Of a stretch of 64,000 nucleotides of DNA, positions 39,540 through 47,775 are shown in pieces. A program made the translations under genes and the position numbers. Within the stretch, counting starts at the first letter, position 1. Every line of letters begins with the position of its first letter. This DNA is from a bacterium (lineage in GTDB: Bacteria > Patescibacteriota > Minisyncoccia > Moranbacterales > UBA2206): the NCBI GenBank assembly GCA_030654225.1, contig JAURXY010000003.1:16056-80055 (forward strand). The letters run 5' to 3'. A model generated the notes under the pieces. That model saw only the letters and a list, made by a program, of their open reading frames with translations. It made no database searches and was not told where the DNA came from.

Positions 39540-39809
39540 ATGTACGGAAATAATGATTTGAGCGATGAAGATAAAAAAAGGCAACTAAATGCTTTAAATA
39601 TGCAACTGAGCATGCTTGACAGTGATCAGAAGAAATTTTCCAATGAAAAAAATATTTTGGAAGCGGAAATTAGAAAAATCAAGATGAATGGTGAAAGACT
39701 GCGCATTGATTTAAGTGAAAAACAAAAAAGATTTGAAACGGTGAATTTTCAATTTTCGCAAAATGAAGATGAGATAAAGAGACTAAAAAGAAAATTAACC
39801 TCATTATAA
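39540..39809 (+). CDS. Coiled-coil hypothetical protein
   Basis: 89-aa heptad-rich ORF in operon context. Confidence 0.65.
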   Translation: MYGNNDLSDEDKKRQLNALNMQLSMLDSDQKKFSNEKNILEAEIRKIKMNGERLRIDLSEKQKRFETVNFQFSQNEDEIKRLKRKLTSL

Positions 39810-39819
39810 TTTTTAATTC

Positions 39820-39882
39820 ACCCTGTTAAGTAATTTTTTATTAAAAAATTAATTTTGCAAAGCAAAATTTACTAAACAGGGT
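39820..39882. repeat. 63-nt cruciform palindromic element
   Basis: accctgttaagtaa / ttactaaacagggt ends enclosing two short hairpins. Confidence 0.75.
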
Positions 39883-39890
39883 AAAAAAAT

Positions 39891-40145
39891 ATGATATCAA
39901 ATTTAACGAACATCGTGATCTCATCTATTAGTAATCAAAAAGAAGAAATTGCTGAAAAATTTAACAATTATGAAAGTAAAGTGAAGGATATTGAAAGAGA
40001 AATAAACAACGAAAAAGTAGATGTTTCTAACAGAGAAGAAATACTTGCAAAAGCTATGGGTATGCTGGAAGAATTGTTTGGCTCTTATGTAACGAATGAT
40101 AATTACAGAAAAATAAAAACAGAACTTGGTTATAAGATAAGGTAA
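39891..40145 (+). CDS. Hypothetical protein
   Basis: 84-aa ORF just upstream of alaS. Confidence 0.5.
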   Translation: MISNLTNIVISSISNQKEEIAEKFNNYESKVKDIEREINNEKVDVSNREEILAKAMGMLEELFGSYVTNDNYRKIKTELGYKIR

Positions 40146-40150
40146 TCTTT

Positions 40151-42118
40151 ATGACAGCCAACGAATTACGAACAAAATATTTGGAATTTTTCAAACAACG
40201 GGGACATCAGATTGTGCCAAGTGGTTCTTTGATTCCGGAAAATGATCCTACGACGCTTTTTACGGGTTCGGGAATGCAACCGATGATTCCCTATCTTATG
40301 GGAGAAAAGCATCCTTTGGGAGGTAGAATTGCTGATTCACAAAAAAGTTTTCGTTCGGGAGACATCGAAGAAGTGGGCGACAATCGTCATACTACTTTTT
40401 TCGAAATGTTGGGGAATTGGTCGTTGGGAGATTATTTCAAAAAAGAACAAATTGGTTGGATGTTTGAATTTTTGACTAAAGAAATTGGCCTAGATCCGGA
40501 AAAAATTTATGTGACAGTTTTTCGTGGGGATGAAAGCTTGAAAATTCCTCGCGATGACGAATCGGTGGTTTATTGGCAAGAATTGTTCAAAAGCATAAAT
40601 ATCGAAGCTTTGGCAGTGGACAATGCGGAGATTGGCGGAATGCAAAATGGGCGAATTTTCTATTATCCAGTGGAAAAAAATTGGTGGAGTCGCGCCGGCG
40701 TGCCGAACAATATGCCACTTGGAGAACCAGGAGGACCGGATAGCGAAATGTTTTGGGATTTTGGAGCGGAACTGAAAATTCACGAAAATTCGCAATGGAG
40801 AAATCAACAATGTCATGTTAATTGTGATTGTGGGAGATTTTTGGAAATCGGAAATAATGTTTTTATGCAATATATCAAAACTCAAACTGGTTTCGAACTT
40901 TTGAAACAACAAAATGTTGATTTTGGCGGAGGACTAGAAAGAATTTTGGCGGCGACAAATGGCAATCCAGATATATTCCTCACGGATATTTTTGCAAAAG
41001 CTAAAGCGGAAATTGAAAAATTATCTGGGAAAAAATATGAAGATAACAGGGAAGCTTTTCGGGTGATTTTGGATCATCTTCGCGCGGCGACATTCTTGAT
41101 TGCTGATGGCGCCTATCCTAGCAACAAAGATCAAGGATATTTTGTGCGACGGCTAATTCGCCGAGCAGTGCGATTTGCGCATAAATTAGGAATAGAAAAA
41201 AACTTTTGTTCTGATATCGCTAAAATTTATATCCAATATTATCAAGGTGCCTATCCTGATTTATTAGAGAAATCAGAAAAGATTTTAGAAGAGTTGGAAA
41301 AAGAGGAGGATAAATTTAGGAGGACTTTTGCTAAAGGAGAGAAAATTCAGGACAAAGAAACTCAGCAACTTTATTATGATCTTATTCTTAAGGAAAAAGC
41401 TTTGCATGCAGGATTATCTGATGAAGAGGTGATTAATTTATTGAAAGATAAGGGCATACCAACTAGCGCTATTAATTTATCTGCTGAAATAGCATTTAAT
41501 TTGGAGACGACACATGGTTATTTTCATGATTTATTCTTTGATAATTTGAAAGAGGAAATACCAGGTGCAAACAAAAAAATTAACAATATAAATAAAAAAT
41601 TTGAAGAAAAACTTGAAAAACATCAAGAACTTTCTCGTACTGCTTCAGCTGGGAAATTCAAGGGTGGATTAGCTGATCACAGTGAAAAAATAACGGCGCT
41701 TCACACGGCGACGCATTTGATGCTGGCGGGACTACGAAAAGTTCTCGGGGAAAATGTTCATCAAAAAGGATCAAACATCACAGAGGAACGAATTCGTTTT
41801 GATTTTTCGCATTCCGACAAAATGACGGATGAGCAAAAAAAAGCCGTCGAGGATTATGTGAACGAAGCGATTAATTCTAAGACTGATGTCGTGATGGAAG
41901 AAATGACGCTTTCCGAAGCGAGAGAGAAGGGCGCCGAAGGGGCATTTGAAAATAAATATGGTGAGCGAGTGAAAGTATATTCAATCTTTGGATTTTCCAA
42001 TGAGATTTGTGGCGGTCCGCATGTCCGAAACACCGGCGATATCGAAGGCGTTTTCAAAATCACAAAAGAAGAAAGTTCTTCTACTGGAGTGCGCAGAATC
42101 AAAGCAATTATCTCCTAA
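40151..42118 (+). CDS. alaS: Alanine-tRNA ligase, short form without C-Ala
   Basis: HTTFFEMLGNWS, DHLRA, HTATHL, QKGS, RFDF, EICGGPHV, GVRRIKA. Confidence 0.96.
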   Translation: MTANELRTKYLEFFKQRGHQIVPSGSLIPENDPTTLFTGSGMQPMIPYLMGEKHPLGGRIADSQKSFRSGDIEEVGDNRHTTFFEMLGNWSLGDYFKKEQIGWMFEFLTKEIGLDPEKIYVTVFRGDESLKIPRDDESVVYWQELFKSINIEALAVDNAEIGGMQNGRIFYYPVEKNWWSRAGVPNNMPLGEPGGPDSEMFWDFGAELKIHENSQWRNQQCHVNCDCGRFLEIGNNVFMQYIKTQTGFELLKQQNVDFGGGLERILAATNGNPDIFLTDIFAKAKAEIEKLSGKKYEDNREAFRVILDHLRAATFLIADGAYPSNKDQGYFVRRLIRRAVRFAHKLGIEKNFCSDIAKIYIQYYQGAYPDLLEKSEKILEELEKEEDKFRRTFAKGEKIQDKETQQLYYDLILKEKALHAGLSDEEVINLLKDKGIPTSAINLSAEIAFNLETTHGYFHDLFFDNLKEEIPGANKKINNINKKFEEKLEKHQELSRTASAGKFKGGLADHSEKITALHTATHLMLAGLRKVLGENVHQKGSNITEERIRFDFSHSDKMTDEQKKAVEDYVNEAINSKTDVVMEEMTLSEAREKGAEGAFENKYGERVKVYSIFGFSNEICGGPHVRNTGDIEGVFKITKEESSSTGVRRIKAIIS

Positions 42119-42187
42119 AGCGAAGCTTTAGGAAAAAGGCTTAAAATAGGGCAAAATCGGCTCTATTTTTTTGTGTGGGCAAAAAGA

Positions 42188-42216
42188 TTGACAAAAGGCT
42201 AATTCTATGCTACAAT
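42188..42216 (+). promoter_or_regulatory. Sigma70 promoter
   Basis: TTGACA-17 nt-TACAAT with TGn extension. Confidence 0.7.
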
Positions 42217-42377
42217 TTATAGTTAAAAATCGTACATTAAAAATCCAACCAAAACTCGATTGCCCGGTTTTTGCCTTTAGTTAGTGATCTAATTTGAGGC
42301 AGAAATCGGGGAATTGAAAAACTGAAATGGCCATTTCGGCCGAATTTTAATTTAATGTTATTTTGAGGAGATGAAAA

Positions 42378-43100
42378 ATGAAGAAAATGACGATGATCGT
42401 GTTGGCAATGGTGGTTTTTTTTGGTTTTAATATTTGCGTTACTCAGGCGGAGCAACAACGAATGTATTTTCAATTAGAATCAGGGCAGGAAGTACAAAAA
42501 TTTGTTAATTTTTCCTTCAATGCGTCTTGGGGTTGCCAAACTTACCGATTCATTTCGGGCGATCCAAATTTTGGAAATAAGCCTTATTGGGAAGAAATCC
42601 CCCCCGGTTCATATTCGGGTCCTGGCATGGGTCTTTACCGTTTTATTGCGGAAGGATCAAAGGGAGAGGTAAATATTTCTGGTGAAACAACTATGTTGTC
42701 TGGCTACCAAGACATTAGAGATTTACAAGACATAAGTCTCTTCGTAAAGGATTCTTGGGTGCCATTTAATCTGGGATTTCTTCCGATGTGTAAGGATGGT
42801 GCTTTATTATACACCTATAGCTGGGTAAACCCAGGATGGGGCACTTCAATTTGTCATAAGCAAGCAGATGAGTATACGACTATTTTCAAGAAATTAGTTG
42901 GTGTTGTTATTTTCAGCAGCGCCGGATTTTTGGAAAAAGTTGTTCTGGCTAATTCCAATACAATAAATGACATGTGGATAAATACTGGTGAAATTGCCTT
43001 ATTGATCCACTATGAAGGCAACAACTGGCCAGCCGAAAATAAGATTTTTTCGATGGCCGTAAAGAATATTAATCAAAACATCAAAAATTCATCGAACTGA
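42378..43100 (+). CDS. Secreted hypothetical protein
   Basis: Signal peptide MKKMTMIVLAMVVFFG..; GAGGAG SD. Confidence 0.7.
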   Translation: MKKMTMIVLAMVVFFGFNICVTQAEQQRMYFQLESGQEVQKFVNFSFNASWGCQTYRFISGDPNFGNKPYWEEIPPGSYSGPGMGLYRFIAEGSKGEVNISGETTMLSGYQDIRDLQDISLFVKDSWVPFNLGFLPMCKDGALLYTYSWVNPGWGTSICHKQADEYTTIFKKLVGVVIFSSAGFLEKVVLANSNTINDMWINTGEIALLIHYEGNNWPAENKIFSMAVKNINQNIKNSSN

Positions 43101-43110
43101 GGATTCGATT

Positions 43111-43150
43111 AAGAGGGCTCGCGTTGTAGTATCGCGCGAGCCCTCTTTTT
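43111..43150 (+). terminator. Intrinsic terminator
   Basis: aagagggctcgcg / cgcgagccctctt plus T run. Confidence 0.8.
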
Positions 43151-43265
43151 GCGTCTCAATTCTTGCAAACAACTAATAATAATGCTAAATTTAGGATAAT
43201 AGTAGTGATGCGCTTGCCTGCCGGTAGGCAGGAATCTACGAATATAATTCTAAGAACTAAAAAAT

Positions 43266-43607
43266 ATGAAAATAGTTGAAGAAAAAATAACTTTGGAAGA
43301 GCTGAAGGAGATGTCTGGAAAAATGTTTGGAAATTTGGTGAAAGCGGTGGTGGATATTGAAAAAGAAATTATGGTTGTGGATGCTGGTTTGCATGCTGAT
43401 GAAGAGGCATTACTTTTGGAAAATGGTTCCGAGCAGAAAAACCTTTGGGGAATAAATCTTTATCCAGAAATGACGGGAGAGGACTTTGTGGAATTTGATT
43501 CAATGATAAACTTGCGTCCATCACAAAATAATCGCAGTCGGGGAGTTGATGACACAGAAATTCAAAAGAAAATAATACAAATAGTTGATAAATTAGTAAA
43601 AAAATAA
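43266..43607 (+). CDS. DUF5674-like protein
   Basis: KAVVDI, HADEE, GSEQKNLWGINLYP, FDSMINLRP. Confidence 0.7.
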   Translation: MKIVEEKITLEELKEMSGKMFGNLVKAVVDIEKEIMVVDAGLHADEEALLLENGSEQKNLWGINLYPEMTGEDFVEFDSMINLRPSQNNRSRGVDDTEIQKKIIQIVDKLVKK

Positions 43608-43613
43608 ATTAGC

Positions 43614-43940
43614 ATGCAACATACTGACCTAACAAACAATAGATGGCAAGAATTTTCATTTTTTGAACAAATGGCGAACGTCGGCAGTGAAGTTGAACGG
43701 GCGATAAAATGGAAAAACAAGGAAAATTTGGAATATAGCCGAATGGCTTTGGAACGAGCTTTGGAACTGCTTGATCTTACAATTTCTGATCCAAAAAATA
43801 AAAAAGGATTGAAAGAAATATTGCGCGTGCGAGAAGCTTTGGCGGATTATTTCGCGTTTAGCAACGAGTATAAATCAACGGATAAAAGTTGGCAAAATTA
43901 TTTCTACTCTTTTAATTTTGCAGCACGCTTAGGAATTTAA
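43614..43940 (+). CDS. Helical hypothetical protein
   Basis: EQMANVGSEVERA, ERALELLDLT; tightly coupled to the upstream gene. Confidence 0.7.
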   Translation: MQHTDLTNNRWQEFSFFEQMANVGSEVERAIKWKNKENLEYSRMALERALELLDLTISDPKNKKGLKEILRVREALADYFAFSNEYKSTDKSWQNYFYSFNFAARLGI

Positions 43941-43960
43941 TAAAAATAAGATAAAATTTT

Positions 43961-45178
43961 ATGACAAAAGTTATTACTGATGAAAAAATGATTGACGAGG
44001 TTTTGGAAAGAGGGGTGGAGCAAATTTTTCCGGATAAAAAAACACTCAAAGAAAAATTGATGAGCGGAGAAAGAATCCGGCTGTATTGTGGCTATGATCC
44101 GACGGCGCCATCACTTCACATTGGAAACGCGGTGACAATCAACAAGCTTTCTCAATTCCAAAAACTTGGTCATGAAATTATTTTTCTCATAGGTGATTTT
44201 ACTTGCATGATTGGAGATCCGACGGATAAATTAGCTACGCGAAAAAAAATGACGCGCGAAGAAATTTTGGAAAATGCTAAAGGATATCAAAAACAAGCGA
44301 GCGGATATTTGAAGTTTGATGGAGAAAATCCAGCGCAGATTATGTATAACAGCGAATGGAATGACAAATTAACTTTCAAAGAACTAATTGAACTTTCTTC
44401 TAACTTTACGGTTCAGCAAATGATTCAGCGTGATATGTTTCAAAAAAGAATGGCAGAGGAAAAACCAATTTATTTGCATGAATTTCTCTATCCTTTGACG
44501 CAAGGTTATGATAGCGTGGTGATGAATGTGGATTTGGAAATTGGCGGGAACGATCAAATGTTTAATATGTTGGCTGGCAGAACTTTGCAAAAAAATATTA
44601 ATAACAAGGAAAAATTTGTTGTGACGCTAAAACTCTTGGCGGATGAGACTGGCAAGAAAATGGGCAAAAGTGAAGGCAACGCAGTTTTTTTGGATCAAGC
44701 TCCGCAGGATATGTATGGCGCAGTGATGAGTTGGACAGATGGAACAATCGCTGTGGGTTTTGAAATGGCGACCAATGTTTCAATGCAAGAAGTAAAAGAA
44801 GTTGAGGAAGCTTTGAAAGATGAAAAAAATAATCCGCGAGACTACAAAATGAAATTGGCTTATGAAATGGTGAAAATAAATTATGGTGAAGAAGCAGCCG
44901 ATAAAGCGCAGGAAAATTTTGTCAGGACTGTGCAGAAAAAAGAAGTGCCAGATGTTGTAGTGGAAGAAAATGGAAATAATGGAGAAAAGCTGATTGATTT
45001 TATAGTGCGAGCAAAATTAGCTTCAAGTAATGGTGATGCCAAAAGAAAAATTGAACAAGGTGGAGTTTCGATTGATGGGGAAATCGTGAAAGACATTCAA
45101 ATAAAAATTTCGAAAGATATGAATGGAAAAATTTTGAAAGTTGGCAAGAGAGAATTTCGAAAGATAATCGTGAAATAA
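43961..45178 (+). CDS. tyrS: Tyrosine-tRNA ligase
   Basis: GYDPTAPSLHIGN, GDPT, QGYDS, GGNDQ, KMGKS, S4 domain. Confidence 0.97.
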   Translation: MTKVITDEKMIDEVLERGVEQIFPDKKTLKEKLMSGERIRLYCGYDPTAPSLHIGNAVTINKLSQFQKLGHEIIFLIGDFTCMIGDPTDKLATRKKMTREEILENAKGYQKQASGYLKFDGENPAQIMYNSEWNDKLTFKELIELSSNFTVQQMIQRDMFQKRMAEEKPIYLHEFLYPLTQGYDSVVMNVDLEIGGNDQMFNMLAGRTLQKNINNKEKFVVTLKLLADETGKKMGKSEGNAVFLDQAPQDMYGAVMSWTDGTIAVGFEMATNVSMQEVKEVEEALKDEKNNPRDYKMKLAYEMVKINYGEEAADKAQENFVRTVQKKEVPDVVVEENGNNGEKLIDFIVRAKLASSNGDAKRKIEQGGVSIDGEIVKDIQIKISKDMNGKILKVGKREFRKIIVK

Positions 45179-45196
45179 TTGTATAATAGACAAGAA

Positions 45197-45309
45197 ACCC
45201 CGCACCAATTTCGATAAGATTTTATTTTAAGAAATAGTCTTAATTGCGAATACGCCTACGGCTTGGATTTTAATAAAAAAATTGTTTGATATTAGAATTG
45301 GTGAGGGGT
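45197..45309. mobile_element. MITE-like element
   Basis: accccgcaccaatt ... aattggtgaggggt (13/14 inverted match). Confidence 0.65.
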
Positions 45310-45469
45310 AAAGTTATCCACAGGTCTTGCATTATTTTCAAAAAACTGTAGAATTATTTTATTAATTAAATTAAATAAAAAGCTGGGCAGTATTTTTAGG
45401 TTTTTTTCGCTTCGCATTAGAATTGTTATGAATGTGAGGTTTACTGTCGGGCTAAATAAAAGGTAAGAG

Positions 45470-45913
45470 ATGGCAGAGAAAAAAAAATCAGTCGGCAAGA
45501 AAAGTGCCAAGACAATTAATTTTGGATTGCACCTCACTCTTGACGGCTACGGTGGAAATCCGGATAAGCTAAATGACGGGAATTTAGTGAAAAAAATTCT
45601 AGACGAGCTCCCGGGAAAAGTAGGCATGCATAAAATTTATGGACCAGTGACGATGGATTGTCCCGAATTCAACGAAAAGGATTCTGGGGGGCATAGTGGT
45701 TTTGTGATGATCGCAGAGAGTCACATTAGTTGCCACACTTTTCCGTGGCGGAAATTTGTGAGTATCGATGTGTACACTTGCGGAAGTTCAATGGACAAGA
45801 AGTTTATCGTGAACTATTTCAAAAAAGCGTTTGAACTCAAAAAAGTGGAATTGAACTTCATAAAACGCGGAACAAAATTTCCAGCCAAGGATTTGGTAGC
45901 GAAAGAAAAATAA
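45470..45913 (+). CDS. speD: S-adenosylmethionine decarboxylase family pyruvoyl proenzyme
   Basis: GLHL, SGFVMIAESHISCHTFP, DVYTCG. Confidence 0.8.
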   Translation: MAEKKKSVGKKSAKTINFGLHLTLDGYGGNPDKLNDGNLVKKILDELPGKVGMHKIYGPVTMDCPEFNEKDSGGHSGFVMIAESHISCHTFPWRKFVSIDVYTCGSSMDKKFIVNYFKKAFELKKVELNFIKRGTKFPAKDLVAKEK

Positions 45914-45925
45914 TCTTGAATATAT

Positions 45926-45969
45926 AAAAAAGGCGAGGTCTTACTCAATGGAGTAGCCTCGCTTTTTTT
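45926..45969. terminator. Bidirectional terminator
   Basis: A-run gcgagg...cctcgc T-run between convergent genes. Confidence 0.65.
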
Positions 45970-45995
45970 GTATGATGATACAGTTTTTTGAAATT

Positions 45996-46262
45996 TTAAA
46001 ATGGTAGCTCGACTAAACTCCCTTGCTCTTTCGCCCATTTGGCCATATATTCAAATTTCTTCTCCGATGTAGGTCCCAATGGGGTTGTTCTGGGTAAATT
46101 CATAGCCTCAGTTGGATTTTCTGAATACCCTATTTTTTGTTCGCGCAAAATCTCACGAAACACCCAACCCCACTTGTAATCGATTGAGTCCTGAGGAATT
46201 ACCCCTTCCATCTCCAGTTGATGAGTAAAATCGCTTAAATGACGCAATGCATACTTTTTCAT
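45996..46262 (-). CDS. Hypothetical protein
   Basis: AAGGAGG SD precedes MKKYALRH. Confidence 0.6.
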   Translation of the reverse strand: MKKYALRHLSDFTHQLEMEGVIPQDSIDYKWGWVFREILREQKIGYSENPTEAMNLPRTTPLGPTSEKKFEYMAKWAKEQGSLVELPF

Positions 46263-46485
46263 GGTTGCCTCCTTATTGCAAATAATATAGGTTAATTTCC
46301 AGACCACATTCCCTAAGAAAATTTATATAAATTGTTTCAACAATTATTTGTTAAGGAATAAACTACATTATCATAGATTTATTGTTCTGTCAAAACAAAT
46401 TTCGGGTATGGGAATATCGCTTTTTGATTTCTAAGATCTGTGGTATAATTATGGTAGTTAATAAAAACAAAATTATTTTTTTTCA

Positions 46486-47754
46486 ATGTCTATTTTTTCT
46501 AAAATTGCAGGATTAGGAAAGCCTTCTTCGGAATTTATCGTATCCTTGGATATTGGTACGGAAGTGGTCAAAGTTTTGGTTTTCAAAATTGATCCGGAAA
46601 CGGGAGCGGGAATAGTTCGTGGTGTGGGCAGATCGCGCCAAGGCTTGAAAGACATGCACAGCGGAGCCGTCTCTGATATTTCTGGCGTGATTGTCAATTG
46701 TCGAGAAGCCATTGCAATGGCGCAAAATATGGCCGGCGCGAAAAAAGTTGAAAAAGCGATTATCGGCATTGCGGGGGAATTGGTCAAAGGCACCACAACC
46801 ACAGTGCATTATGAAAGAATTAATCCGGAAATCAGAATTGATTTGCCAGAACTAAAAAACATCATTCAAAAAGTTCAAAGAAAAGCTTTTGATAGGATCA
46901 GAAGTCAGTTGTCTTGGGAAACAGGACACAGTGAAATAGAAATTGAGCTAATTAATGCGGTGATTGTGGATGTTAGAATTGATGGATACAAAGTTTCTAA
47001 TCCAGTCGGATTTCAAGGACGCGATGTTTCAATGTCTATTTTCAATGCTTATGCGCCAATGATGCATCTCGGAGCGCTCACTAAAATCGCAGAAGAACTT
47101 GATCTTAATCTTTTGAATATCGCAGCTGAGCCATATGCCGTAGCTCGCTCAATGGGCGTGGAAGATTCTTTGGATTTTAGTGCAATTTTCATCGACATTG
47201 GTGGCGGAACAACAGATGTTGCTGTGGTGCGAAATGGCGGACTAGAAGGCACGAAAATGTTTGGCTTGGGTGGACGAGCTTTCACTAAAAGATTAGCGCA
47301 AGAACTCAATATTGGTTTTGAAGAAGCAGAAATGCTCAAAATTAAATATGCCGAAGGAAAATTAGGGAGGGATGTGAGTGTGAAAATTGAAAAAATTCTT
47401 TCGGATGATTGCGATGTGTGGCTTCGCGGAATTGAATTAACCTTGTCGGAATTTTCTGAATCAGACATTTTGCCACATCGTTTTTTTCTGTGCGGAGGAG
47501 GTTCTGGACTGCCTGGGATAAAGAAATCTCTGATGAGTACGCACTGGAGAAAAAATTTGCCTTTTGCAAAATCAATTGAAGTTGGATATCTGCAACCAAA
47601 AGATGTGGTAAATATTATTGATGAAACAGGACAGCTCAAAGATCCACAAGACATCACACCAATGGGGCTAGCTAATTTGGCGTTAGATTTAGCCGGAGAA
47701 GAAAAAGTAATTGCCGGAATACTTCGGCGAACAGTGAAAATGATGCAGAAGTAA
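46486..47754 (+). CDS. ftsA: FtsA family actin-like ATPase
   Basis: LDIGTEVVK, NPVGFQG, IDIGGGTTD, CGGGS. Confidence 0.8.
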   Translation: MSIFSKIAGLGKPSSEFIVSLDIGTEVVKVLVFKIDPETGAGIVRGVGRSRQGLKDMHSGAVSDISGVIVNCREAIAMAQNMAGAKKVEKAIIGIAGELVKGTTTTVHYERINPEIRIDLPELKNIIQKVQRKAFDRIRSQLSWETGHSEIEIELINAVIVDVRIDGYKVSNPVGFQGRDVSMSIFNAYAPMMHLGALTKIAEELDLNLLNIAAEPYAVARSMGVEDSLDFSAIFIDIGGGTTDVAVVRNGGLEGTKMFGLGGRAFTKRLAQELNIGFEEAEMLKIKYAEGKLGRDVSVKIEKILSDDCDVWLRGIELTLSEFSESDILPHRFFLCGGGSGLPGIKKSLMSTHWRKNLPFAKSIEVGYLQPKDVVNIIDETGQLKDPQDITPMGLANLALDLAGEEKVIAGILRRTVKMMQK

Positions 47755-47775
47755 ATTTAAATAATATAAAAAATT

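Noticed and set aside
45314-45322. oriC suggested by DnaA box TTATCCACA
   Set aside because: Single box with no cluster and no dnaA nearby.
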